Positions 22,001 through 37,000 of a DNA stretch of 64,000 nt are shown piece after piece. A model generated the notes under the pieces. The model worked only from the letters and a program-made list of their open reading frames with translations, had not been told where the DNA came from and ran no database searches. This DNA is from Phoronis australis. Its lineage: Eukaryota; Animalia; Phoronida. The DNA lies in the NCBI GenBank assembly GCA_002633005.1, contig NMRA01000206.1, positions 269,250 through 333,249 on the forward strand. Direction: 5' to 3'. The first letter of the stretch is position 1, and each line of letters begins with the position of its first letter. The translations under genes and the position numbers were made by a program.

Positions 22001-25000
22001 GGTGTTCCAAAAACACTTTCAAGACTCGAGGGTCAGGGAACATAATGGCGTTCCACAAAGACTTTCAAGACTCGAGGGTCAGGGAGAACATAATGGCATT
22101 CCACAAAGACTAAAGACTCGAGGATCAGGGAGAATATAATGGCGTTCCAAAAACACTTTCAAGACTCGAGGGTCAGAGAGAAAATAATGGTGTTCCATAA
22201 ACCAAGCATGAAGAATTAAACCAATGAAACTAAATGCAGCCATACATACACAGTATGATACTTCCGCCTATTTAACACATGGTGCGGCAAAAACATGAAA
22301 TGTTTGAGGTGTGTCACTTCCAACAAGACACAGACACTTCAAGAACATTTTAACAATCACGCAAGCAGTCAAAAAATGTGAAAGTGTTCCACTTTGTAAA
22401 GCAAGAGTCTTTCAATTTCAAAATACTATTGATGTCCACAACAATGCAAAAATTGACTTCCCACTTTAAGCAACAGAATACATGACTTCTACCCAACAAT
22501 TTGTGAATGGTTGAAGAGTGCCCCTTTAATACAAACCTGTCTCATTGCAGTATCATATTCAGCATTGGCTCCTCCCAAGTCCACAGAATCTCCAGAGAAT
22601 GACACTGCGCCCGCATTGCCTTCACGGAATTCACCACTGCTTTTAAAACTGAAACAAAACGGGGAGAGTTGACACACCACATGACTACATGCCCCAGCCC
22701 TGGTGAAATTTCAATTCCAAAAACAATCTGCACTGTCTGTGAATAAATTATGTTTCATTAATCCACACACACACAGAAAAGTTCTATCTCAAAATTGCAA
22801 AAAGACTTCACAGTAAGTTATGTTTAAATTCTCAGAGACAACTGAAATTTAATTATTTTTTAGAAAGAGTAATGTGTGTAGTGTAACACCAAATTTGTGA
22901 CTTCATTCTCCTCAAGTCTGTTTTCATGAAACGGGTCCATGCTGGTCAGTAGAGACATACACTTTGAGATGTCAGGGTGATTTAGAGACAGATTATCACA
23001 TTACAGAATTAAGTAATTTGGTGACAAAAGTTTCTCAAGACAAAAGTTAAAATTCACCATATTGGTACAGTCTCTAAAATCTAGGACACTGTAATTCAAG
23101 ATGAAAACGATTTTTCTTTGATTCTGAAGACTGGGCTTATGGGTGATTTTGGTGTTGGTCAGATTTCTCAAATAGTGGACACTACAAAATTGAAATGTGT
23201 ATAGTCAATACAGTATCACATTTATTCCAAGATTTTGGAAATGGATAGTTCTGCTGTTTTTCTCGTAATTCTTGAATTTGGGATGCCCAATATTCCTCAA
23301 CTCTGGTGCACATTCTAACACACATTGATGAAATACGTAGTCTACGACAGCAAAGTCAGTGGCTATTGTCCATAAGCTCCTTTTACATACTAGTCATTTC
23401 ATTTTCTAAAACCTTGTCAAAGAGCATAGAAAGCACCAGATATAATGGGGGGCCCTGTTAGCCTAAGAAAAGCACGCTAACATTTTTTCTCTTGTGGTCC
23501 TGAAAATTCCACCTAAGAACTGCTCACCTGGATGAGAACGTTAGTGACCACTTGAAAGTATTGATTTGTGTTTTTAACAGGAGGCCTCTTTCACTAGTGC
23601 CACCCCAGTAAGCTTTGGGCTCCTCATTGAAAACAACTCGCACAATACTGTTGTATTTGCATACTCCTAACTATGCTAATGTATAGCAGGAACTAAACAA
23701 CAATACTATTTGAACATCATCTATGCTAAACTAAGTGCACTTGTGTTCATTGACAACTTAATGTGAAAACAAAAAATCTGCATTTCATGATGTACCTTGG
23801 GGGCTTACATTGCCCGCATCATGCAGTGTCATTCCCCAACACCACATCACGATGCTTATTGGACACGGTTGAGTGATTTACGGCAGATCATTTTCGACAC
23901 AAAACTTATTCATAAAAACATTTGACAGTTTTCAATACGTTGTGTTTCTAACTAATTTGATCAAGCAAACACAGAGATAAAAAATTAGCCTGCAAGTTCC
24001 ACTTTAATGTCACAATGGAGGAGAAAGCACTGTACTTCGGTGACATACTGTCGAGTGCTTCTAAAAATGCTTAGTCATTAAATTACAAATTACTTGCATG
24101 CAAGTAGACATGAACGCACCTAACACTAGAGCATTCTGCTTTACTGAGTGAGCTCACTGTGAAATATAGGAATATGTGTTGCAACGGAAACACGGCAATT
24201 AAAATTTTGCTAATCTACTTGCGTCAGGTCGGGCAAATCTTACATATAAGCAAGTCGGAATACATTTATGTTACATAAGGTACGTAATGATAACTGGGTT
24301 ATCAGATCTCCATACATGACCTGCAAGCCGATTTAAACTCGGGCAAAATTTATCATACACATCGAGTGAACTATTTTTAAGACGTGCATTTACAGGAATC
24401 TTCGGAGGGCTAAGCGGAAGCATCTGTTTATAAGTCATTCTGGAATTGTGAAGAAATTTGAACTTATAAAGTGCGAGTATATTTCATGTAAAATAGCAGC
24501 AGCTATAAACTAAACAAAATACAGAACAAATTTAACATCTAATAACGAATTAACTGACAAATAGCTTCCTGCTACTTGTACTACCGCAGTACCGGACCAG
24601 CTACGTTGAGCAGATGATCAGAACAAGACATTGTGTAAAAAAAGAGAATAATTTCATTGGATAATTTTATTGAATTAATAGAAGAACATCATAATACAAA
24701 ACTTATAACTGTTAACGATTTTATTTGCTTAATATATTGACTAAATACAACACGGTTAGGACCCGGAAGTTATGATTTCCGTGTTTGGCATAGTTACTAG
24801 TAATATATTTACCATTATAGCTTTCACGACTCGTTGGCCAAATGAGGTCGCTTTATTGTTTAGGTTGCATGTGTTTGCATTTTAAAACACAGCTTTCGCC
24901 TTAATTTTCATCAAGTACGTTAGAATTAAAATTTTAGATGGTATTTGATGGATATGTTTATAATTTGTGCTAATTTTTTTTTCAGTTGTCATTTGTAAAG

Positions 25001-28000
25001 TGTTTTTTAATTATTATATATAGTGACACTAACACCAATACAGAATTGGAAGATGTGAACACATGGCTTAAAAGAACAATCAAAATTCTGATGGACTTAG
25101 CCCGCAAAATACCATGATCCTTAGGGTTTTGCCAGGGTTATTTTCTCTAAAGATGATAAGATTATCTTCTCTAAAGAAAATACGGAGAAGTAGACGTTCT
25201 GACGTATTTCACGGTGTGATCACACACTTATTTGACGGTCATATCGTCACCTACGTAATGATAATAGACTTTACTAGAGGCAAGTGCAAGAAAGGTGCAT
25301 AGCTGCAGCGTTACCTAGCAACACCTACAGTATGATAGCAACAGGTTTACCTAACTAGACTTATAGCGTGCATAGCAATAGAGTTACCTAGTTAGACTCA
25401 AAAGACTGAGAGTCCTGGAAAATGAAAGTGAAAGTTATGCAATTAACAGCAATATCATGTTAGTTACTCAAATGAAAGTGAAAGTTATGCAATTAACAGC
25501 AATATCATGTTAGTTACTCAAATTCGAGGTAGGAATGACTTTTCAAGATAACCAAATTCTGGAGAAAAGGAAATGTAATTAATCAGTGCTTTTCAGAAAC
25601 AAAACTTAGAGCCAGCAAAAAGGCTATGATGACTATTCTAGTTATTTGTGACCAACAAAGTTAGTTCCCCTTAAACTAAATGCCGACTCGTGAAACATAT
25701 AAAAGTGTGTTAGTAAAACACTTAAGATGATGATAACAGATTTGAGAATATCAGGGTGCATTCAAAAATACGGACTACACAAACGTCCAATGAGGAACAT
25801 TTAATCTTTTCTTTGTTCATACCTTCCTTTCTTTCTCATGTAGAAGAACACACCAACTCCAGCAATGATTACTATGGCAACCACCATAATGGGGACAACA
25901 ATAGCTATAACAGCTGAAAGAAAAAAGTCACACACATGATTGTATACTCAGTCTGACTTTCGGTAATGACTGCAAGCACCGCCATTATATCAATGGTCTT
26001 ATCAACTAGATTCAGAGTTCAAACTTGCAAACATTTGAGCAACTATAAACCATGTTTTAGTGTAATTTTGTGTTCAAAACTTCAACTTTTTTGAAGCCCT
26101 GGTAACTCTTCCAAAGCAATGCTGTGCTGTTATCCTTTGTCTAAAATGCAGTTGGTTATAATAAATCGTTCTCATTAGGAACAAACTTTAGGTAACTAGG
26201 CGGTAAAATTCAGTTCTATTCAATCCATTTACGAGTCACGAGACCTTGTAAATAACTGCATTTGTGCGAGTCGTGTGTTGTTTTCTCTCCAATGGAATTT
26301 TCAGTTGCTAGGGTAAGACAGAAATTGCGAAATTGACAAGAGTCACATGAACACAAATCTCACGGATTGTGGAAGTTTTAGCAAAAGGGAATTGTGCAGT
26401 TTTTCCGCATAGCTTTTTCTTGAGTGAACAGGCCTGAAGTCATCGATTTATTCACGTTTAATGGCAATCTTTATTTTCTTTTTATAGTACATGAATTTGA
26501 GATCGTCAAACAAAGAAGCAGTGTACACAGTCCATGATAAAAATCTGATTTCCAGTCACATGATTAACTCATTTGCATACACAGCAGCCAATCACAAAAC
26601 AGTACCCAAGTTTATATTACGTTATACGTAACTTGGAGTGAATTATACTCGCAAAGACTCCTAGAGAAGACGTCAAAGAGATGTACCAATTACTCTATAA
26701 TTAATCTTCAAAATAATATTGTACTAAAAATCTTACTTGTAGTTTCAGTTTGTTGTACTTTGCCTGTTTGAGGAGCAGGGGTGTCACCTGCTGTGTCCTT
26801 GGTAGGAAGAGCAACAGGTTTCTGACACAAAGAACCTGTGTATCCTCCAGGGCATGAGCATTGACCATTCATGCATCGACCCTCGTTTTTGCACAAACAT
26901 GTCTCACACTTGTCACCAGAGAAAAGCGCAGGACAGAGACAGACATATGAGTTCTTCTCCAGAGTGCAATTTCCACCATTTTGACAGAAACAGGAAGCTG
27001 GAGGTGCTGGTTTGGCTGGTTCATCTACAGCATCGCATACTGTCTGGGCCGTGTCGCGGAAGTCTGAACCGTCTGGACAGAGGCACTTTCCACCCATGGG
27101 GACGATGACACACAGAGGCCAACACGACATACTGGCGCATGGAGAACTTACTGAAAGTTAGAAGTAAGGGCTACATACAGTATAAACATATCACAGCTGT
27201 ATAAGTAAGAATAAACAATTTTCATGCACGCCATATGTTGATCACACCAACTGTAATTAAGTTTGAAAAGACCTCTGTTCTGACTGGGGTTCATTTAATA
27301 GAAGGGATCTTACCATTTTGCCCACACTCACAAAGTGCATATACATGTAATTAATTTTGCTATAAATCATCGCGTTGATTTATAACAAAACAAGTTTAAC
27401 ACAATTGCACTCTGGATGATCATTATGCTTCCAACAATCAAAAATCTCAACTTTGATTAATGTTTTGTTACCGGAAAAGAATTGGATTTAAAATTTAGCA
27501 AAGTTTGCATATTACAATCTTCGAGCACCTGTACAGAACATTACAAAGTTCACAGGCTAACAGAGTGCTTTAATGGCAGTGGTAATTTAGCCAACAGAAT
27601 AGCAATTGAGACTGCCATGTAAATGCCCGAGAATAGATATTCTAACTTTAAAATAAGGAGCTCAAACTAATGAGCAGTTAAGGCTACCTTGAATTAATAC
27701 AAAGAACCAAAGACAAATGAACCCACCTGAGGTATTATACCTATTAGGGTGGTAGACCTTGATGTCGTTAGGTGCAGTGAGACCCGACTTTATCGTTACG
27801 TTGACTCCACGTCCAAACTTGTCATGCTGAACGAGGTTACCGTCAACCTGAGACACCCAGTAGAGATAGTTTCCAAACACGTCCAGGCTGTATGGATTGT
27901 TGATACCTACAAGAAGTTGAAAGGAAGCCATGCAAGATCGGTTGGGAAATGCTGTTATGAAGAAAAGGTGTAGTAAATTGTACTCAAATTCAATTGAAAA

Positions 28001-31000
28001 AATGGCCATAATTGTTCCAAATGCTTTAAAGCAAAAAGTAAAAATACTGAAAAATCTTGCCATATTTCATACGTACCTTGAGATATGACCACTACCCTGT
28101 CAGTACCATCAGGTCTACATGACTCAATGATGTTCGCTTTACTGTCACTCCAGTAGACACGTCCTCCCATGCTGTAGTCAATGGTGATGCCAGTCGGGTT
28201 ACCAAGTCGTGAGTTGACAATTTGGCGTCTGTTCTCACCACTCATCCAGGCAGCCTCAATCTTGGGGTTAGCACCAGTATCCACCCAGAACATCCAACTG
28301 ATAGAACAGTTGATCATCAATCAAACTTATGGTAACAATTCTCAAATTTGAGACATTCTCCAGAATTTGGGACATGGAAGAACCCACAAAAAATGAAATT
28401 TCTACATTTTGAAATTTGGGGCAAGGGCGATTTTTGTATTCATCATATTTCTCAAGTTTCGAACATTTTCAATCTAAAGAGTGTTGTAAGTTTGCCGTGT
28501 CTTTCTGGGTGATTCTTAAATTTGGTCGGCCAATATTGCCTATTACTAGAATTTGGGACAAGCTCTGACCTTGAGCATCATAGTTTTTTACTGTCCTAAA
28601 TCGAGAATTTTTACCATTGGCAGGCAAACAATGTTAAATGGGCGATTTCAAAGTATTCTCCTTTTTATCATATGTAAGAGGAATCCTCCAATAACTGCAG
28701 TCCACTCAATTATTCTATCCACAGTACATTGTCCCACAGTACATTGTCCCAACTGTTTCCTTAGAAATATTCTGCACAATCCTTACTAGTCAAGGCTCAG
28801 TTGGTATCTCCGCAGTATTTATCTGCCTGCTGGAGGCAACAAATAGTGTGTAATCATTCGCAAGGTTTGACGTACGAATATAACTTTGTTTGGTGTAACT
28901 ACACAAGAGAAGGTGCAGTAAAGTTCCATCCACGCCTGTCTTGAATTGGTAAAGTAGACAAGATGGTGGCAGTGTTGCCAAGTGAGATAAGCGCCCGCTT
29001 CCTTTACAAGGTCATGGGTTATAGGTCATGGGTTATAGTCCCACTAGAGCACACTAACTGGTAGACCCTTGAGTCAGGTCTCTAGCTCCTCAGATCAGTT
29101 TTAATCAAATATTAATAAAGCATCAAAAGGGTTTCAGCTGATCAGTGTAATGGGCCCACATGAGCGGCCTGCACAGGTTTTCATGTAAAGCATACCAGTT
29201 CGCCTGCACTTATTTTTACTTGTCTTTTACAGAATACAGTTTAAATGTAACAATGGATGGTAGTTACTGGGTTATAATATAACTACTAGTACAAATTACC
29301 ATTCTCATTATTATTATCTTGTTATTAATATGAATATTACCATTATTTTCACTATCACTAGAATACTCAAAAGAGTGCATCCCACATTAGGTAACAGAAC
29401 CTAATGGACTTACCCTGTCAGTGGATTAACTGCGATAGCTCCAGGCTTTACTAGCTGGTCTTTGACCAGCGTTCGGCGATAGGTTCCATCCAGTTTGGTC
29501 AGGTAAACAGCGCGCTTACCACCGTCAGTCCAGTAAAGGTTGCTTGAAAGCATAAAATCATTATGAATTAGTGACGAAAGCTAGGATGACATGTCAGCAA
29601 ACACAGGACAGATACCCTAGCATTAAGAATGGGAGCTTGATTAGGGGGTCTCACAGTCCTTCATTGCAATACAAAACTGTGTGAGCAAAGGGTGTCCAAA
29701 CCCTGGCTAAACCTCTTCTGCAGCAATGTGTGGCATGGCAATAGTTTTATCAACAATAGGGATTTTAGACAGCCAAATCTTAGGAGAACTAACTGCTATT
29801 GCCTGTGGACATATCTCACGAGAGGTGAACAAGGACGCCAACAATGAATATAGCCACGTGTAAATGGAGAAAAAAAATTAAAAGATGATGCATTTACATT
29901 TTGCAAGTGTCACATGTCATGCAGAGTTGATCCACAGTATGTAGACATCACTTGTAAGTTGTGTTTACGAATTACACCACACTCACTCATCACCTGCGCA
30001 TCACCATTGTTGTGTTCTCAAAGAAACAATTATTAAACCTAATCCGGTGGAAATTAAATTACAGGTGCACTACTTTCTAAAAACAGAGTATTTGACATCC
30101 CCTCATCAATGCCATGTTATCGGCAAAATTCCTTTGATGTCAGCGTAAGGTAAAACACCTTGCCTGGCCTAGTCTTGAGCAGCAAGGTCTGTGAACGCCT
30201 TTCCCATGTCATGCAGATGAAACACAACAAGCTCAAGGTACCGATGTGAGCTACTAAGTTAGGACATGCTTCACTATGACCTTTGACCTCCAGTCACGGA
30301 CCCAAAAAACCTGTTGCAAACCTGTGACTTAGTTTCTTGTATGAGACTCACATTTTAGGGGGAAGTAATTCATCTTTAATACAAAGCACGTGAGTTTCAT
30401 CTTCGGTTTAAGACGCGAATAATAAGGAGGCAGTGAAACTTCATTTGGGCGTATTTTTCACGAATTACATTTTTAAGTTTATTAGTTTTGTCCCAAATAG
30501 AAGAATTTATATCGTACGTGCAGCCAGAGGTTCATGACTCACACTCCTTCCTCAAGCTTGTGTGTATATATAAGTCTCATCACTTAGTTTCCTCAGCACA
30601 CCTGATATGTATTAGTGGTACTTGAATAAAATAACAGTAGTACAGATGCACTGAAATTGACAATATATAGTGCTTGCCACTGGGAGGACCTCACCTGCCA
30701 ACCCAGTCCACAGCTAGACCATTGGGTTCCTCTAAGTCAGCTATTTGCAGATCCTGAGATGGCGGTTGGTGTGTGGGGTCAGTAGGCATCGCTGCCCGTT
30801 GGATTTTACGTAGAGACGTATCAGACCAATAGATGATCTGCTTGGAATAGTCGTAATCAATGGCTGCGATCCTCTGTCCGTTGGCAAATAAGTCGTTGTA
30901 AAGTTCATCTTTCGTGTTTGGTCGATACTGTCGAATTTCCCATCTCATAGAGAACAGAAAAATGGACTCCACACCTGAAGATGTAAATTTAGGTGAATAT

Positions 31001-34000
31001 TCCTTTCCACGAGTTTTTGCAGCTCAATGTGATGGGATTGCATTGAACAGAAGTTCAAGAAACTTCGTTTCTGAACAAACTTCGTTTCTGAACAAACTTC
31101 GTTTCTGAACAAACTTCGTTTCTGAACAAACTTCGTTTCTGAACAAATTTCGTTTCTGAACAAACTTCTAGGAGTGTGAAATATGAATACACGACAGAGA
31201 TGTCTTTTCTTATTGCAACCCATCAGTCTGTGTAATGAGTAATGAGAGATATCCCTTTACATTCAAGAGGGGGGGTGTTTTGGTTTTTAGGAGTGTAAAA
31301 ATGTCTCGTGCAATATTTTCAGACCATTTTTGTACAAAGATATACACTCAGACACTTTTAATGTCTTCATAAAGCAGTGATACATTATTAAATTGCATGC
31401 AAAAATTGAATACACTTTGTTGATCTGAATTTCTACTATCCAAGTTTGCCTGGAAGAAGTGAAGAGTTTAGAATAGATTACACGACTAACATTTGATACA
31501 ACATTGATCAGCGCAAGGAGGAGACGGATGTAATTTATAATAAACTAATGTCAAATTCCCAACCTCACGCGATCATGCTTTCAAAACTACCTTAATTTTG
31601 TTGACAACTACATTTTTCAATTCTTAAAAAGTATAAACAAACATAAAACAAAACAGAAAAGAAAAGCAAGTCAATCACACTGAGGGTTGTACTGAAACAC
31701 AAACTGTTAGTCAATAAGTGGGACTGTTACAAAAACATGAGACAACTTTTTCTAGTATTCATAATGTTCCTACATAGTGTTACTAACATTTTTTAGAAAA
31801 AAAAAAGAAATTTCTCACAATTAAATTTGCGTTTCAACGTTGCGAAAAAAGGACTATTATTGATCGACAGCTATATCTCAAGTGAATGACAGCTTACCTT
31901 GAACACGACACTCAGTGCCATTAGCACCTCGCACACTAGTGAACGGTGAGATACACAGACAGCCATAAGTCCCCTTGGAGTTGACACAAACCTGCGGGCA
32001 GTAGTTCCCCCATGCAGAACACTCATCCACATCTGAAGTGAAGAGAAATGGAATTAGTACAATTTTCAAAATGAATTCGACAACGTTGAAATTCGACAAA
32101 GTTTCGATGCACAAAACCATGAATCGTTTTCCATTTATTTTGGTCAAGAATTTGGTTTCAATGGTGGAAAAATCTCTACAAAATCTTGTCAGTGATGCTG
32201 CTCTACACACAAGTCGAAATCGCGACAACTCACTGTGAAACTCGACCAGCCACAAATGAACAATTAATGACATAAATGATTAAACTCTGAGTAAATTTCG
32301 ACTATTTTATTGCGACAAAAGTTCGACAAAACTGACAAAATAATTCTGTCATTAGAAGTTCTTCATAGTTTATTGGAGTCTGACAAAGTTCTGTCAAAGT
32401 CCGTCCGTAAACTGCAGCGTATTTCTGCGTTGGAATTCTGCGCAGAAATTTCTGCGCAGAGTTCCAGCGCTGAAATTTCTGCACTAGAATTCTGTGCAGA
32501 AATTTCTGCGCATGATACAACAGAGGGCTAACATGTGATAGAATATATCAATATTTAAGCCAAAATGATGGAAATCTAGGCGCAGAAAAAATCTGCAACT
32601 TTTCAGGCACAAAAAGGGAATGAGTGGAAATTCTGTTTTTAAAATGGAAAGTGCTATTTGTTGATTTGCATATATATATAATTAGAAGGCATTAATTCGC
32701 ATAGTGAAAACATAACCAAGCATGACAGAAAATTACCGACAATCAAAATGGAAAAACAATCTCCCGAGGTAACTTCGATAATGTACCATCTATCCGTCTA
32801 TTAAAACTGTAAAGACTAATTAAAAGTAGTTTCATGAAACATAGACCTGGGATTATTCTACAACAACCATAAAACAATGACCAAGTAGAAAATTTAAAGA
32901 ACATTAGGCCTGAATCCACTCTTTCCTCTACAAACAGTTTTAAGTCTATGAATTCAAACCATTCTATGCTTTAAAAACATAGAACAGTAGAACTGAGAAG
33001 TAGCTCTCACCCTGGCATGATTTCCGGTCACTCGAACTGATAGAGAAACCGTTCCTGCAGTGACAGTAATATCCATCAGGTGTAAGCGGTGTACACTCTT
33101 GTTCACAGCCTCCATTGTTTGTCTGACAGTTGTCATTGAGGGCAGGATTCTTGTCTACAAATGATTCAAATGGAAACCAACATTAAAATTTACAATTAGC
33201 CATGGAACCTGTACACATTCACTAGTAAGTCATACATTCAAGTATTAATTAAGAAGCAAGTACATTAGTACCCCAATGCGTCCTGCCTGACAGTATTTTA
33301 AATTGTAAACGGGAGTAACATTGAAACTATGAGTCACAACAGGAAGACAATGTACACCACTACTGTACATATCAAAAATATGCCAACAAATACCAATTTA
33401 TGCAGATAAGGTTTAAACCCTATCATAACCAAGGACCAATAACTACTGCAAGAAACTAGTCAAAGAAAAATAATTTATTTTGGAAAATTTCCTATAGAAT
33501 GGTTCAACTCACTCGAGCTTAAAAAGACCACAAGCTGGTTCCACCTTAGAACTAAACAATGTTACAAAAGATGACTTCTAGTTAAGCTTGCTGGCCAAGT
33601 TTGGTAAAATTCAAATTATTACTTACGGCATCCATTCTCATCAGAGGCGTCGGAGCAATCAGCAACATTGTCACACACCTTGTCACCGTCGATGCACTCC
33701 TTACTGGTGCACTTGAACTGGTTGAGCCAACACGTGACAGTGGTAGGAGAACCTGAATATCAATAGCGTGACAACGTGAACATCACATTCACACCATCTC
33801 TCCCGTGAGATTTGTCTGTAACATTACCCACTGGACTATTTTGTTAAAAAGTTGATAAATTCTGAGAAACTATCTAATGTAAGGAAAATTTAATACAGTT
33901 ATGATGGTAGTAACCTTTGTTGCTCTAACAAGGTGTCACGGAAGCTGACTTTCAGCGAACCCGGATCCTCTTCATTTGTGATCAAATTAACTACTGAATG

Positions 34001-37000
34001 TGAACAATACCAGCTTGGTAGTATGCCTGCATGTTATTATTATGTTATTTTTAAGTAATAACACGAATTGAGTAAAATGATTCAACACAGGACAAATACA
34101 AGCCAAGTGAAGTCACAACATTTCATATGTAAAAGTCACAAATGACAAAATTTTCACGTCAGTTTTGGATTGTGGTAAAACAATAAAAGACATGACAACA
34201 CAATTCACAATGAAACTCATAAACCCAAAGCTGCCCTTAAAATATTCTTGTGCCCCCTACACTACTTATTGAGTAGGTTGAAAAGTAAACTGCTTTTGAC
34301 TATAGTCATTCCTTCCTTCATTGGCGGGCATGCTTATTTTTGTGAAAATATTTCATTTTCACAATTCTTTAGTCGTGTTAAAAATAAAATGGAGGCAGTG
34401 TAAGCTAGTGTGATGGGTGCTCGCTTTCTTTACTAGAGGTCCTGGGTTCGAGTCCCACTGGGCCACACTGCTAGACTCTTGAGTCAGGTTTCTAGCTACT
34501 GAGCTCGGTTTTGACTATAAATTAATAATTGCATAAAATGGTTTCAAGCAATCAGTGCAATGGATCCACAAGTGCGGCCTACGCACGTCTGGTACAATGT
34601 GCACCAGACCGCCTGCTATTATTTGTTATTTTAAAAATAAAATGTCTTGTCATTAAATTTCAATTTAGCCTTGTACATAAAAATTTCACCACATTTGTTG
34701 ATGTTGTCTGAAATGTTCATGGCAGCAAATTTTTCTTGAAACAAGTTCTGTTGAACACGACATTCCATCAACTGAGGCCTGACACAAGATCAGCCTACCG
34801 CCAATTAGAGCTGCACTTATCTACTAAGGAAATAAAACAAATGGGCAGGCAAACAAGTTTAAGGGTTCCATATTGTCCCCTTCTCTGTATGATTCTTACA
34901 CAGCGTGTGGTTGTTTTCATCCGATCCATCTCCACAGTTGTCTACTTTATCACACACGCGATAGCGCGGTATACATCGCAGATTACTACAGCGGAACTGC
35001 GTGATCGAGCTACAGTTAATACTGCTACAGATGTCTAATGTTTCGTCAGAGCCATCTCCACAGTCATCATCAGCGTCGCATCGCCACTCAAGCGGGATAC
35101 AAACCTAGAGAACAGTTTCAGGATAATTCTTACTTTATAAATCACGTACATTAAGTGCTCTTAGAACGTTACCTAATTAATGACCTGAATCAATATTACA
35201 CAAACATTTTACCGTGTCCCTTTCAGGATATGAACATCAGTTTTAGCAAAATTATATTGTAAGTGTTCATGTACACAGTTATTTCATTTAATAAGTTGGA
35301 AATTAATGACACCAAAAGGCATTGTCAATAGTAACTTAAATTCTTAACCACTAGATGTCCTCAGATTACTCTGCACCACTCCAAGGCCAAACTCAATTTC
35401 TTTCCAATCCATGTGCACACATACACAAACACACACAGCTGAAGTAATTGATCTAACCTCATAATAGCCCACTATAAAGTCAATAGTACAGTAAAATAGA
35501 TCGAATAAAAATTTTATAAGAACAAAAACACTCTGGTGAGTATAAATAAATGTTATAACATAAAGACTTCTGACACAAACTGAAGCTACACCAGCAATGA
35601 AACAACAAAGGGACAACAGTCTCAGGAGAGACAACAATGCAAAAGGCACAGAGGCCTTCATATGCTGAACCCTGTTTTTGTTTGACTACGCACATTTCAC
35701 ATTGTTGCCAACTTTCCTGAAGTTCCTGTAATTAGACACAGACAAAGGTCAGCTCTTGATACAAGATGGCATCTAATTATGCTGACCTGATCACAACACG
35801 TTTCATTGTATTTTGTATTTAATTTCTCTTCATAAAGTCAACGTTTTATGACATCAAGATGTTTATCGTATTATCACACTACTAGTACCTGTTGCATAAC
35901 TTACACTATTTGAACATTGGAACTGACTGGTTTTACAGTATCTCCCTCCTGGGAACCTTGTCGGACAGTTGGCCTCATCGGATGCATCACGGCAGTCGCG
36001 TACACCGTCGCACACGGTGTTGTCACTCACGCAGTGACCACTGGCACACTTGAACTGACCTGCATTACACTGGTGGGCAGCTGACGGGTAAGAAACATAA
36101 AGCATTTTTTTTCTTTTTCTGCTTTGATCATAGCTAATTGCCAACATAAATTTTCTTAATTGATAAAATTTTCAGTGCTTTCTTTCCTTAGGTTTTTTTG
36201 TTTTCAAAGCTTTTTAACACAATTATTATGAATACCCAGAATTCCTCACAGATGTGGCTAGATGGGGCAACTATCCTAAATAAAAGGTTTTTAGTTAAAT
36301 TTTCACTCACTAGATGTCACGACTATCAAACTTCAACAAGGTGATGATTACCACAAGACCACAATACTTTTTTTTCAAGGTGATATACCATGGTATATTT
36401 ATTGAAGAAAACACAGAACATACAAGAAAAATAATGACAAACCCAGAAATCGTGAAGCATTATATCTGGGTTGTAGACAGTACATAGACGAAAGTGATAG
36501 TTTTACATAGAACTATATACATAAAAGTAGTATCTATATACGTATTCAAATATTTAGATATGCAATTAAGAACATTTTAAAAACAAAAACATGATTGTCC
36601 AGATATGGAAATCAGAAGCAAAAAGATTTTATTTTATAAGCGATGCATAAAAATTTACTAAGTTTGCTTAAGAGGACTTCATTGAAAAAAAAAGGTATAT
36701 ACTCACCAGACACATGAGGAATGTTCAGTCTCTGAACATCACAATTCATAGGTGACTTATACAAGATTCGAGATTTATTTTCAAATTTAAGTGAACTTTC
36801 TTTGCACTACTATAACTTACGACAGTTTTGTTCGTCGCTTCCGTCTTGACAGTCTTCGTCATGGTCACAGATCCATTGCCTGCTGATACACTGGTGATTA
36901 GCACAGCGGTACTCTGACTCGGAGCACTCTCTGTAGAGAGGGGCTGTAATGACAGATAAACATTTTGAAACATAATACTCTAAATCTCCACAAATTACAG

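Noticed and set aside
21794-22197. Repetitive ORFs and a CRISPR-like look of the 48-bp array
   Set aside because: Units are contiguous with no unique spacers and the context is eukaryotic. The ORFs arise because the unit length is a multiple of 3; this is an intronic minisatellite.
34394-34465. tRNA gene
   Set aside because: B box present but no convincing cloverleaf, and it continues into a repeated body; it is a SINE head.
36706-36730. Possible LRP2 microexon (gttcag...gtgagt on the - strand)
   Set aside because: It is 25 nt and would frameshift, and the flanking exons already join in phase; at most a cryptic or poison exon.
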